From positions 1 to 50,447 of the forward strand of contig JBJDZJ010000105.1 in NCBI GenBank assembly GCA_051867915.1: 50,447 bases of DNA, written 5' to 3'. A model generated the notes under the pieces. That model did not search any database. It was not told the DNA's origin and worked only from the letters and a program-made list of their open reading frames with translations. Numbering within the stretch: the stretch's first letter is position 1; each line of letters starts with the position of its first letter. This document shows, piece by piece, positions 10,151-19,817 of the stretch. The position numbers and the translations under genes were made by a program. The stretch is from Eubacteriales bacterium (GTDB lineage: Bacteria > Bacillota > Clostridia > Oscillospirales > CAG-272).

Positions 10151-10182
10151 GCGCCCGGTTATTTTCTCAAATAACCGAGCGC
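10151..10182 (-). terminator. Second leader hairpin/terminator upstream of kinase-MATE operon
   Basis: Minus strand GCGCTCGGTTATTT-gaga-AAATAACCGGGCGC followed by TTTGTT. Confidence 0.6.
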
Positions 10183-10249
10183 ACCCGACATCTTTATCGA
10201 CCTTGCGGCTGCGGCCGCAGATCCTCCGATGACTTGATTTTACTGCCGG

Positions 10250-10305
10250 AAAACAAAAAAGCCGGATAAGTCATACAGGCGTTTCAGCCTGTTGCCTTAT
10301 CCGGC
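10250..10305 (-). terminator. First leader terminator (attenuator) upstream of kinase-MATE operon
   Basis: Minus strand GCCGGATAAG..ACAGGC-tgaaac-GCCTGT..CTTATCCGGC-TTTTTTGTTTT. Confidence 0.75.
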
Positions 10306-10350
10306 TCATCATTTCTTCTGAATGATTTGCCTTCCGAGCAAGCATGATGT

Positions 10351-10378
10351 ATTATACTCAAAAAATCGGTTTTGTCAA
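10351..10378 (-). promoter_or_regulatory. sigmaA promoter of kinase-MATE-MATE operon
   Basis: Perfect TTGACA-N16-TATAAT on minus strand. Confidence 0.8.
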
Positions 10379-10467
10379 GCCCTTTTCGGAAAAAAATTCA
10401 GATGATTTAATGGTATTCGGAAGCGTGACATGAAATACGGTTCCGTTATGGGATACCGTTTTCCTGA

Positions 10468-13400
10468 TTACCGCCCCAGCAGTTCGATCTGGGAGATGGT
10501 GCAGCTGTCGGCGAATTCCAGCATGAAGTGGTTGTAGCTTCCGTCCGATTCGGTCAGGAAGGGGCGGGTCTGCTGCTGCCACTTGAATACCACATCGCTG
10601 TACTGTCCGATCTTTTCCCACTGACCGCCGTTGACGGCGCCGTACAGGGTCACCTTGGACAGCGTCTCGGGATCAATGGACGAGGTCAGAGTGAGAATTC
10701 CGACCGTCTTGGCATCCTTGAAGCTGTAAGTGACCTTGGTACCTGCGGGAATGCGGGCATCGGTCTTGGAAGTGTTGTCGCAGGTTGCGGCAATGCCGGC
10801 TACCGTAGTGTAGATGGCATCCTGATCCACGGCCTCGGTGGTCTCCTTGACTGCGGGAATGACCTTGACAGTGGGAGATACCAGATCGGTCAGCGGTGCG
10901 GCAGGAGCATCTCCTGCGGTCAGCGAGGCAGGTGCAACGGTTCCGAAATCGGAGGGTTTGGGACCCATCTCAAATACCAGTTCACCGCCGTTCTTGATTT
11001 CCTCATGGGTGATGAAGGTGCGGTCCAGCGTCTCGCCGTTCAGAGTCACCGACTGTACATAGATGTTCTCCAGCGAGTTGTCCTTTGCCACGATGTGCAA
11101 AGAATGTCCCGCATAGTTCAGAGTAACCTCTTCGAACAGGGGAGAACCGATGGCATATTCGCCCGATCCCACGGACAGGGGATAGAAGCCCAGAGCGGAG
11201 AAGAGATACCAGGTGGACATCTCGCCGTTGTCCTCGTCACCGGGGATACCCTGACCGAACTTGCCGCCTACAAACAGTCTGCGGGTGACATCACGGCTGT
11301 ACTTCTGTGCCTTCCAGGGTTCGGAGGTAAAGTTGTACATATAGATGATGTGATGGGAGGGCTGGTTGGACTGACCGTAGCGTCCCAGCTTCATCTCACG
11401 AGCCTCTCTCTGCTCGTGAATTCCGTCGGTCTCTCCGGTAGCGCCGTATCCGCGGTAAACATCGTAGGTCTCAAAAATGGAGTCGATCTTCTTCGCCAGA
11501 GCGTCCTTGCCGCCGTAGAGGTTGGCAAGTCCCTTGCCGTCGAAGGGTACCGATACCGACATGTTGTAGGCGTCGGTTTCGGTGAAGTCGTTGCCCCAGA
11601 ACAGAGGGTCGAACTTATCGTGGTGCATATTGGCACGGGTCCAGCTGCCGTCCGCCTCTTTCCCGCGGAACCACTTGTTCTTGACGCCCTCGCCGTTGTC
11701 CCAGAAGAGCAGGGTGTAGTTCTTGGCACGGTTGATGAAGTAGGCGTAGTCTGCGGCATATCTCTTCTTTTCCTCGGGATCGGAGGTGCGCTCTCCGAGG
11801 ATTCTTGCCATTTGTGCAATGCCGAAGTCGTTGATGTAGCCCTCGATGGACCAGGAGAAGTCCTCGTGATGACCGGGGGTGTAGCCTAAGAAGATGGAAC
11901 GGTCCAGCAGTTCACGGCCGCCGTCCTTGGGTTCGGGAGAGTAGACGCAGGCATTCTTGACCGCCGACTCATAGGCGGTTTCCAGATCGAAGTCAACGCC
12001 CTTGACAGCCGCATCGGCGAAGATGACATCGGAGGAAGTACCTACCATGCAGTTGACGCCGCCGGGAGCTGACCAACGGGGAACCAGACCGCTGTCCTTG
12101 TAGTGCTGAACGAAACCGTTCAAAAGTTTCGGCATCTTCTCGGGGGTCAGCAGAGTATAGCCCGCCCAGACGGTACGGTAGGTGTCCCAGAATCCGTTGT
12201 TGATGTACATTTCACCGTCTTCTACCTTCTTTGTGTAGGGAGAACGGTATTTCAGAACGGGATTCTCACGGGTGCCGACATTCTCGGCGATGGTGTTGGG
12301 GTACTTGTAGAGATAGTACAGACCCGAGTAGATGTTTTCAAGCTGAACCTCGGAGGCACCCTTGATGTCCGTTACATGGGAGAAGATGGCGTCCCATGCG
12401 TCTGCGGCGTCGGAGCAGATCTCCTCGAAGGTGCGGTCCACCAGCTCCAGATTGTAGTTCTTCTCTGCCTGAGCATAGGATATGTAGGAGGATGCGAACT
12501 TCATGATGATTTCGCTGCCCTCGAAGGATGCGATGGCGTACTTGCCGTTGATGGCGGTTGCCTTGGGCATTTCGGAGAAGGTACCGTAGATGTAGACTCT
12601 GCCCGATCCGTTGGACTTGTGCTCGCTGTATGCAATGAAGGATCCGTCACTGCCGAAGCTGACTTTTCCGTCTGCGTTCTGGCAGTCAAACAGGATGCTG
12701 TGACTGAACTCTTCCTTTGTGTAGGTGAAGCGTGCGCAGACGCCGTGATTGGTAGGGGTGATCTCCAATCTGGAATTGGAGGCATCGCCGCCGTTGGCAT
12801 CAAATGCGATGCTGTAATAGTGAGCCAGTGCGATTTCGTTGTCGTGGGAGAAGAAATTGTGCTGTTCGTGAGTGGAGAAGGATTCGTCCTCGCCTGCCTC
12901 CCGGCTGGTGTTGATCATGAACTGCCAGGTTCCACGGTCGCCGATCCAGATAGACGGCTCGTGGGAGATGGAGATGCTGTCCATGGTGCGGGAAAGGTAG
13001 TCGTAATGCTTGTTGCCGCCGTGATTGGTGCAGGGAGCGTACATATTGAAGCCCTGGGGAACCAGAACGGCAGGTGCGGTCAGACCTCTGGAGAAGGCGG
13101 GGGAGTCGTTGGTACCTCTCAGAATGTTGACATAGTGGCAGGGACGGGTATAGACGGTGTCTGCCTGATCGTAGATGGAAAAATCGTCGAAATAGGTGAC
13201 AAAGTGACCGTTTCCGGTAGGCTTTTCATATTTCAGAACGACCTTCTCAATTACCTTGCCCTCGGCGAATCTGCCTACTTTGACGATAACCTGATTCCAC
13301 TGGTGGGTGAAAAGGATCCGGGATTCGCCCTGAGCCACGGGGGAGATGCCCACGCCGTTCTGATCCACGGCGGACAGCTCGGAGAGCTTGGTACCGTCTG

Positions 13401-13761
13401 TGAAGATCAAATCGAATCCAAAGTACATCTGGGTATACTGGAAGTCGTAGTGACGGGTACTCATGGAGGGGAAAATGTGGTACTTCAGAGTGGTGTCGGC
13501 GCTGACGGGAATCTCAAGACCCTTGAACAGGGTGACAGAATATTTGCCGCCGTTCTCAATGAGGCCGGAGACCTTCAGCGTGTGGGGACCTGAAATGCCG
13601 GTGTTGGCAGGCCCGATCCAGGTATCTTCGGGACCGCTGGAAAGCTCCGCACGGAATTTTTTGTCTGAGTGATAAAGGTTTGCGGAATTTTGTTCTCCGG
13701 ACAGGAAGGTAGCACTTAACAGTACCTTCGCAGGGGAGACTTTTGGAATAAGTTCATTCAT
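10468..13761 (-). CDS. GH92 alpha-mannosidase
   Basis: SHEPSIWIGD, HDNEIALAHYY, NGFWDTYRT, CMVGTSSD, QSNQPSHH and GDEDNGEMS motifs; AGGAGG RBS. Confidence 0.92.
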   Translation of the reverse strand: MNELIPKVSPAKVLLSATFLSGEQNSANLYHSDKKFRAELSSGPEDTWIGPANTGISGPHTLKVSGLIENGGKYSVTLFKGLEIPVSADTTLKYHIFPSMSTRHYDFQYTQMYFGFDLIFTDGTKLSELSAVDQNGVGISPVAQGESRILFTHQWNQVIVKVGRFAEGKVIEKVVLKYEKPTGNGHFVTYFDDFSIYDQADTVYTRPCHYVNILRGTNDSPAFSRGLTAPAVLVPQGFNMYAPCTNHGGNKHYDYLSRTMDSISISHEPSIWIGDRGTWQFMINTSREAGEDESFSTHEQHNFFSHDNEIALAHYYSIAFDANGGDASNSRLEITPTNHGVCARFTYTKEEFSHSILFDCQNADGKVSFGSDGSFIAYSEHKSNGSGRVYIYGTFSEMPKATAINGKYAIASFEGSEIIMKFASSYISYAQAEKNYNLELVDRTFEEICSDAADAWDAIFSHVTDIKGASEVQLENIYSGLYYLYKYPNTIAENVGTRENPVLKYRSPYTKKVEDGEMYINNGFWDTYRTVWAGYTLLTPEKMPKLLNGFVQHYKDSGLVPRWSAPGGVNCMVGTSSDVIFADAAVKGVDFDLETAYESAVKNACVYSPEPKDGGRELLDRSIFLGYTPGHHEDFSWSIEGYINDFGIAQMARILGERTSDPEEKKRYAADYAYFINRAKNYTLLFWDNGEGVKNKWFRGKEADGSWTRANMHHDKFDPLFWGNDFTETDAYNMSVSVPFDGKGLANLYGGKDALAKKIDSIFETYDVYRGYGATGETDGIHEQREAREMKLGRYGQSNQPSHHIIYMYNFTSEPWKAQKYSRDVTRRLFVGGKFGQGIPGDEDNGEMSTWYLFSALGFYPLSVGSGEYAIGSPLFEEVTLNYAGHSLHIVAKDNSLENIYVQSVTLNGETLDRTFITHEEIKNGGELVFEMGPKPSDFGTVAPASLTAGDAPAAPLTDLVSPTVKVIPAVKETTEAVDQDAIYTTVAGIAATCDNTSKTDARIPAGTKVTYSFKDAKTVGILTLTSSIDPETLSKVTLYGAVNGGQWEKIGQYSDVVFKWQQQTRPFLTESDGSYNHFMLEFADSCTISQIELLGR

Positions 13762-13928
13762 AGGAATCCTCCTGTGCATGCATAGTGCGCATTTGTGTTC
13801 ACGCTCGTGGACACATACGCACCTATTATAGCACATTGATTTGAAAAAGTACAGTCCTTTTTGAAAAATTGTTGGAAATTTTATCATGAATATTGGAATA
13901 TGAAAGACCGACGGGGCGGGCAAACAAA

Positions 13929-13971
13929 GCGGGGCTGTCACGGTCCGCTCGTGGGATCGTGACAGCCCCGC
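13929..13971 (-). terminator. Terminator after pheT
   Basis: GCGGGGCTGTCACG..CGTGACAGCCCCGC followed by TTTGTTT on minus strand. Confidence 0.75.
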
Positions 13972-13998
13972 AGAAGGGGATGAGTCGGTGAAAAGGGA

Positions 13999-16386
13999 TT
14001 ACTTCCGGATGGTTACGCCCAGCTGCTTTTCCAGTGCGGAAAGGAGCTTGTTTACGGCGGCGGTAACCTCGTCGTCGGTCAGGGTGTGATCGGGGGAACG
14101 GAAGGTGATGCGGTAGGCGACACTCTTCTTGTCGGCGCCCAGTTTTTCACCGGTGAAGATGTCAAACAGGTCTACCGATTCTACCAGTTTGCCCGCCGTC
14201 TTGCGGATGACCTCTTCGATCTTGCCGACCTCCAGACTGCTGTCGCAAAGGAAAGCGAAGTCACGGAAGGTGGAAGGATGCTTGGGCAGAGGCTTGAACT
14301 GCTTCTTGAAGTTGGCAATGGAGAAAATCTTCTCCAGCGGCAGATATGCCACATAGACCGGCTGGGTGAAGCCGTATTCCGATGCAACCGTGGGATGAAT
14401 CTGTCCGATGGTACCGATGACCATGTTTCCTCTGGCGATGATGTCGGCGCATCTGCCCGGATGGAAGGTGGGATTCTGACGGTTGGCTTCGTAGCGCAGT
14501 TTCTGGATTCCCGCATCGGTGAGAATGGCCTCCGCCATACCCTTCAGGGTGTAGAAGTCGCCGGATCCGTAGAAGCCGAAGGCCAGAACATAGGGCTCGT
14601 CGGGAAGCTCGTCGGGATTCTCTTTGGGCAGATAGATGTGTCCCAGCTCGTACATGGCGGCCTTGGGAATGTGATGGGCATTGTTGTGGGACAGGCTGGT
14701 CAGAAGGGAGGGGATCATGGTGGTTCTCATGACGCCGGTGTCCTCACCCAGAGGATTCCGGATGACTACATACTTTCTTTCGGGCGCATCAGCGGGAAGT
14801 GCGATCCGGTCGGCATCCTTTGGGGAAACGAAGGAGAAGGTCACGGCCTGGGTCAGCCCCATGCCGCACAGCAGCTGATGAACTCTTGCACGGTATGCCT
14901 GCATGGGAGTCAGAACGCCGGTCTTCACCGCACCCACAAAGGGAGTGGAGGCGATCTTGTTGTAGCCGTATATCCGGATGACCTCCTCGGCGATGTCGTT
15001 CATCTCGGCGATGTCCGAACGCCAGTGGGGAGCGGTAATGATGCCGTTTTCGATGGTGAAGCCCAGATTTTGCAGGATTCCCGTCATATATTCTTCACTG
15101 AGTTCGACGCCGAGGAAGCGGTTGATCCGATCGACCTCCAGAGGAACGGTGTTGTTGATCTTCTTGACAGGATAGCAGTCGATGAGTCCGGTGACGATCT
15201 CTCCGGCGCCCAGCTCTTCTACCAGCTGGCAGGCACGGTTCAGGGCGTCCAGTGCGTTCTCGGCATCCAGCCCCTTCTCAAAGCGGGAGGAGGATTCGGT
15301 GCGCATTCCCTGGGACTTGGCGGACAGACGGACGGTGGCACCGTCGAAGCAGGCCGACTCGAAGACGACGGTACGGGTGTCGTCCTTGATCTCGGAGTTT
15401 TCGCCGCCCATGACGCCTGCCAGAGCAACCGCCTTCTTTTCGTCGGCGATGACCAGATTGCCGGGCGTCAGGGTGTGATCCTTGCTGTCCAGCGAGCGGA
15501 AATTCTCACCCTCGGCGGCACGGCGGACGATGATGTGGGAACCGTCCAGCATGGAATAGTCGAAGGCGTGCATGGGCTGACCGTATTCCAGCATGACATA
15601 GTTGGTGATGTCCACGATATTGTTGATGGGACGAACGCCGGCAGCAGACAGACGCATCCGCATCCACAGGGGGGAGGGCGCAATCTTCACATTGCGGATC
15701 ACCCGGGCGGTATATCTGGAGCAGAGATCGGGAGCCTGATTCTCGACGCTGAGATAGTCGGCGATATTGCCGCCCTTCTCGGTGAAGGTGGGGGTGGGAA
15801 TGTGATAGGGACGGTCGAAGGAGACGGCGGCCTCACGGGCAAGTCCGATGACCGACAGGCAGTCGGGACGGTTGGAGGTGATTTCGAACTCCACCACATC
15901 GTCACGGAGCATCAGCACATCCCGGATGTCGTCGCCGGGTTTGCAGTCCTCGTGGAGGATCAGGATGCCGTCCTCGATGGCGTAGGGAACCTCATGAAGG
16001 GTCAGACCCAGTTCGGCGATGGAGCAGAGCATACCGTTCGACTCCACGCCCCGGAGCTTGCCCGCCTTGATGGTCACACCGCCGGGAAGCTTTGCGGGAG
16101 CTTTTGCGGCGGGAACCAGTGCGCCCACAAATACATTCTGGGCGCCGGTGACGATCTGAACGGGGTCGCTTTCCCCCACATCAATCCGGCAGATCACCAT
16201 GTGATCGGAGTCGGGATGGGGGACGATGGACAGGATCTTGCCCACTACCACATTTTCGATATCGGCACCCTTTTCCTCAAAGGATTCCACCTTTGAGCCG
16301 GTGTCGGTCAGTTTATCACAAAAATCCTTGGTGGCAATGTCCGAAGTATCCACAAAGTCGGACAGCCAGTTTCTTGACAGATTCAT
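13999..16386 (-). CDS. pheT: Phenylalanine-tRNA ligase beta subunit
   Basis: KLRGVESNGMLCS, EITSNRPDCLS, PINNIVDITNYVMLEYGQPMHAFD, RTESSSRFEKG, FDX-ACB C-terminus. Confidence 0.98.
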   Translation of the reverse strand: MNLSRNWLSDFVDTSDIATKDFCDKLTDTGSKVESFEEKGADIENVVVGKILSIVPHPDSDHMVICRIDVGESDPVQIVTGAQNVFVGALVPAAKAPAKLPGGVTIKAGKLRGVESNGMLCSIAELGLTLHEVPYAIEDGILILHEDCKPGDDIRDVLMLRDDVVEFEITSNRPDCLSVIGLAREAAVSFDRPYHIPTPTFTEKGGNIADYLSVENQAPDLCSRYTARVIRNVKIAPSPLWMRMRLSAAGVRPINNIVDITNYVMLEYGQPMHAFDYSMLDGSHIIVRRAAEGENFRSLDSKDHTLTPGNLVIADEKKAVALAGVMGGENSEIKDDTRTVVFESACFDGATVRLSAKSQGMRTESSSRFEKGLDAENALDALNRACQLVEELGAGEIVTGLIDCYPVKKINNTVPLEVDRINRFLGVELSEEYMTGILQNLGFTIENGIITAPHWRSDIAEMNDIAEEVIRIYGYNKIASTPFVGAVKTGVLTPMQAYRARVHQLLCGMGLTQAVTFSFVSPKDADRIALPADAPERKYVVIRNPLGEDTGVMRTTMIPSLLTSLSHNNAHHIPKAAMYELGHIYLPKENPDELPDEPYVLAFGFYGSGDFYTLKGMAEAILTDAGIQKLRYEANRQNPTFHPGRCADIIARGNMVIGTIGQIHPTVASEYGFTQPVYVAYLPLEKIFSIANFKKQFKPLPKHPSTFRDFAFLCDSSLEVGKIEEVIRKTAGKLVESVDLFDIFTGEKLGADKKSVAYRITFRSPDHTLTDDEVTAAVNKLLSALEKQLGVTIRK

Positions 16387-16451
16387 CGTTAGAACCATAC
16401 CTTTCCGCTGACCTGCATGCAGATCAGCTTGCAAATTTTCGATAATCTTAT

Positions 16452-16985
16452 TTATGCTTTCTTTTTCGCCCGTTTCATCCGAACAAAGGAGATGATAACC
16501 GAGGTCATATTGAAGGTTTCCGTCACCATACCGGGGACAGAGCGGAAGATCATGTCATAGATCAGCCAGCAGGGGGAAATCACGAAAAGCTGGGCGATCC
16601 GGAGCGAGCGGGTGCTGGCCTTCCAATAGAATGCCGTTCCGATCACCATTGCCGCCGCAGGAAGCAGATCCCACGCATTGAAGGGAAGCGACGGAACAAG
16701 GTACTCAATCAGCGGGATCGAAGCGAACGCCGCCAGAATGACCCCTTCCGCAATGCGGTTTGCCTTCGTCTTCGCCGGAATCAGAAGCATCAGCAGATTG
16801 CGCACGGCACCGAGCGCATTCTGAATCGTTCCCGAAACCCTCCCGAGCAGGGCAAAGTGAAGGGTGAAGAACGACATTGCGATGATGTGGATGACCAGAA
16901 TCTTCCGGGGATTCCGAACCTGAAACGAGCCGATAACGGTTGCGGACGCAAGCACGCCTGCAACCTGTGCAATAGCCTGAATCAT
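16452..16985 (-). CDS. YgjV-like inner membrane protein
   Basis: Hydrophobic 177 aa; SFQ..HFALLG..G..N...RN and SPCWLIY..S.PG...E pattern of Imp-YgjV family. Confidence 0.75.
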   Translation of the reverse strand: MIQAIAQVAGVLASATVIGSFQVRNPRKILVIHIIAMSFFTLHFALLGRVSGTIQNALGAVRNLLMLLIPAKTKANRIAEGVILAAFASIPLIEYLVPSLPFNAWDLLPAAAMVIGTAFYWKASTRSLRIAQLFVISPCWLIYDMIFRSVPGMVTETFNMTSVIISFVRMKRAKKKA

Positions 16986-17044
16986 TGTAGTGATATGTCC
17001 TCATATGCTTGCAGAGACTCCCGAAGGAGCGTCCGCACGCCTTC

Positions 17045-18064
17045 TCAGAACTGTCCGAGGAAACGCAGATCGTTCTCGTACAGGTTGCGCATATCGTCGA
17101 TGGAGTAGCGGATCATGGTGATTCGTTCGATGCCAAGTCCGAAGGCAAAGCCCGAATAAACCTCGGGGTCAATGTCACAGCCTCTGAGGACATTGGGGTG
17201 AACCATGCCGGCACCCAGAATCTCAATCCAGCCCTCGTTCTTGCAGACACGGCATCCCTTTCCGCCGCAGACGAAGCAGGAAACATCTACCTCGGCAGAA
17301 GGCTCGGTGAAGGGAAAGTGGTGGGGACGGAAGCGCAGACGGGTGGACTCGCCGAACATCTGCTTGGCGAAGGTCTCAAGACAGCCCTTGAGGTCGGACA
17401 TGGTGATGCCCTTGTCTACGACCAGTCCCTCCAGCTGATGGAAGACGGGAGAGTGGGTGGCGTCCACCTCGTCGGCACGGTAGACTCTGCCGGGGGAGAT
17501 GATGCGGATGGGGGGACGCTGTTTTTCCATGACCCGAATCTGTACGGGAGAGGTCTGGGAGCGCAGAAGCACCTTGTCGGTGATATAGAAGGTGTCCTGA
17601 GTGTCTCTGGCAGGGTGATTTTCGGGGATGTTCAGCTTCTGGAAGTTGTAGGTGTCGTACTCCACCTCGGGACCTTCGGCAATCTCAAAGCCCATGGAGC
17701 GGAAGATGTCGCACAGCTCGCCCTCAACCTGATCCAGAGGATGGCGTTTGCCGATTTCGACCTTTTTCGGAGGTACGGTGACATCAATGGTCTCCAGCGC
17801 CAGCTTGGCGGACAGTTTTGCGGCGGCGACTGCCTTCTTGCGGGCGGCGATCTCCTCTTCGATGGTGGCTCTGATCTCGTTGGCAAGCTGTCCGATGGCG
17901 GGACGCTCCTCGGCAGAGAGCTTGCCCATGCCCCGGAGCAGGGCGGTCAGTGCGCCCTTTTTGCCGAGAAATTCAATGCGGAAGGCTTCCAGATCTTCGT
18001 CGTTCTGGATGGCAGAGAGCTTTGCCTCGGCGTCTGCCTTGATTTTCAGCAGGGATTCTTTCAT
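17045..18064 (-). CDS. pheS: Phenylalanine-tRNA ligase alpha subunit
   Basis: [33 protein letters not shown] and [10 protein letters not shown] motifs. Confidence 0.98.
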   Translation of the reverse strand: MKESLLKIKADAEAKLSAIQNDEDLEAFRIEFLGKKGALTALLRGMGKLSAEERPAIGQLANEIRATIEEEIAARKKAVAAAKLSAKLALETIDVTVPPKKVEIGKRHPLDQVEGELCDIFRSMGFEIAEGPEVEYDTYNFQKLNIPENHPARDTQDTFYITDKVLLRSQTSPVQIRVMEKQRPPIRIISPGRVYRADEVDATHSPVFHQLEGLVVDKGITMSDLKGCLETFAKQMFGESTRLRFRPHHFPFTEPSAEVDVSCFVCGGKGCRVCKNEGWIEILGAGMVHPNVLRGCDIDPEVYSGFAFGLGIERITMIRYSIDDMRNLYENDLRFLGQF

Positions 18065-18098
18065 TTCGATTTTCCTTTCAACGGTAAAATATTTGTAC

Positions 18099-18360
18099 AA
18101 AAAAACACCTTCACCCGAAAACACAGGGTGAAGGCGACGCTTCACGGTACCACCTGATCCATCCCGACCCAAAGGGGCTCGGAATCTCTCTGTCTGTAAC
18201 GGAACAACCCGTACAGAGCTACTTGCCGGAATTTTCGGCGTTTACCCTGTCTGCTCCACGGCGAAAGGCCTTCCCGCATTCCGCAAATCCGCTTTCAGCC
18301 CATGACGGATTCTCTCTGTTCGGAAGGTAATTGGGGTCAGCCGACCGATTCATCGCATTT
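18099..18360 (-). promoter_or_regulatory. T-box riboswitch (Phe specifier) leader of pheS operon
   Basis: Minus strand: ACAGAGAG AG-box, GGCTGAAA loop, TTC specifier candidate at 18263-18265, T-box GGTGGTACCGTG at 18143-18154, terminator CCTTCACCC..GGGTGAAGG followed by a T-tract. Confidence 0.9.
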
Positions 18361-18371
18361 TGTACAGGGCT

Positions 18372-18400
18372 ATTCTAGCACAAAGCTTACGGATTGTCAA
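18372..18400 (-). promoter_or_regulatory. sigmaA promoter of T-box-pheS operon
   Basis: TTGACA-N17-TAGAAT with TGn. Confidence 0.8.
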
Positions 18401-18543
18401 GTTTTTTTTGAAAAGTTCTTTACTTTTTTTCGCTTTTGTTGTACAATAACAATGTATGCGGGAGTGCTTCGGCACGGTTTTCTGCCCGCCCTGCGGACAG
18501 AACCCGTTTATGAATGTATGATAAATCGGAAAGGAACCCCAAT

Positions 18544-19203
18544 ATGCCATTTCAGACCCTTCTTTTTGATCTGGACGGAACGGTCACCGATTCCGCCCTC
18601 GGCGTGACCCGATCCTTTGCCTATGCGCTGGATTCCTTCGGAATCCGGGAGGATCCCGCCAATCTCTTCAAGGTGGTGGGACCGCCTCTTCATGTCTCCT
18701 TTATGGAGTTCTACGGCTTCTCGAAGGAGGACGCCTTCCGGGCTGTGGACAAGTATCGGGAGTATTATCGGGAAAAGGGCATCTATGAGTGTCGGCTGTA
18801 CGACGGAATCCGGGAACTTCTTGCCAAGCTGAAGGCATCGGGCAGGGAACTTCTGATTGCCTCCTCCAAGCCCGAGTTCTTCGTCAAGCAGATTCTGGAG
18901 AATTTCGGCATAGCCGGGGAATTTGATTTTGTGGCGGGGAGCCTGCTGGACGGGAGCCGCACCGACAAAGCCGAGGTGGTGGACTACGCCCTTTCCCATG
19001 CCAAGGGAGGAATCGGCGGGACGGTCATGATCGGCGACCGATGTTTCGATGTGGACGGCGGCCATGCCAAGGGTCTGCCTGTTATCGGCGTGAGCTGGGG
19101 ATACGGAAGCCGCCGGGAACTGGCGGATGCCGGTGCCGAATATATCGTCGACAGCCCCGAGGAGCTGTTCGCCCTTTTGATGTCCGATTGCGACGAAAAA
19201 TGA
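18544..19203 (+). CDS. HAD-family hydrolase (phosphoglycolate phosphatase/5'-nucleotidase-like)
   Basis: FDLDGTVTDS, GPPL, ASSKP, MIGDRCFD and WGYGS motifs. Confidence 0.9.
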   Translation: MPFQTLLFDLDGTVTDSALGVTRSFAYALDSFGIREDPANLFKVVGPPLHVSFMEFYGFSKEDAFRAVDKYREYYREKGIYECRLYDGIRELLAKLKASGRELLIASSKPEFFVKQILENFGIAGEFDFVAGSLLDGSRTDKAEVVDYALSHAKGGIGGTVMIGDRCFDVDGGHAKGLPVIGVSWGYGSRRELADAGAEYIVDSPEELFALLMSDCDEK

Positions 19204-19225
19204 AATGAGAAAGGATCAAACTGCA

Positions 19226-19774
19226 ATGCTGGATTTACTGACCACCGAAAAGGAATTCATCTCCCGTCATATCGTCCCGGGAGGGACTGCCGTGGACTTC
19301 ACCATGGGCAACGGACACGACACCCTGTGGCTTTCCAAGGCCGTGGGGGAAAGCGGAAAGGTATACGCCTTCGACATCCAACAGCAGGCGCTGGACTCCA
19401 CCGCCAAACTGCTGGAATCGGAGGGCATCCGGAATGTGACGCTGATAAAAGCATCCCACCATCTGGCGTCCGAATATGTTCACGAGGAAATCTGCGTGGG
19501 AATGTTCAATCTGGGCTGGCTGCCCGGCGGGGATAAATCCATAACCACCCTTCACGAAACCACCCTGCCCGCCATCGAGGGGGCTATCCGGATGCTTTCC
19601 CACGGCGGCGGACTGCTGATTGCCGTCTATCCGGGACATCCCGAGGGAGAAGTGGAGGGCCGGATGGTTACCGAGATGCTGTCGGGCTACTCCAAATATC
19701 AGTTTACCGTCAGCTGCCTGAAAATCATCAACTCGCCCACCTCGCCCTTCTTCTTTCTGGTGGAGAAAAAGTGA
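19226..19774 (+). CDS. mnmM: YtqB/MnmM-like SAM-dependent methyltransferase
   Basis: DFTMGNGHDT, YAFDIQ, FNLGWLPGGDKSITT and YPGHPEG are the YtqB-family signature; start 19205 or 19226. Confidence 0.8.
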   Translation: MLDLLTTEKEFISRHIVPGGTAVDFTMGNGHDTLWLSKAVGESGKVYAFDIQQQALDSTAKLLESEGIRNVTLIKASHHLASEYVHEEICVGMFNLGWLPGGDKSITTLHETTLPAIEGAIRMLSHGGGLLIAVYPGHPEGEVEGRMVTEMLSGYSKYQFTVSCLKIINSPTSPFFFLVEKK

Positions 19775-19817
19775 GCGGTCCCCAATTTTTGTTTATACCG
19801 TTGAGAAAGGAGCAGAT

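Noticed and set aside
10300-10335. GGCAAATCATTC..GAAATGA resembles the c-di-GMP-I riboswitch P2 stem
   Set aside because: Lacks the GAAA tetraloop, ACGCAAAG junction and TAAA receptor
13937-13963. GTCAC..CTCGTGGGA resembles a type I-C CRISPR repeat
   Set aside because: Single copy, lacks the ATTGAAA end, and is explained as the pheT terminator
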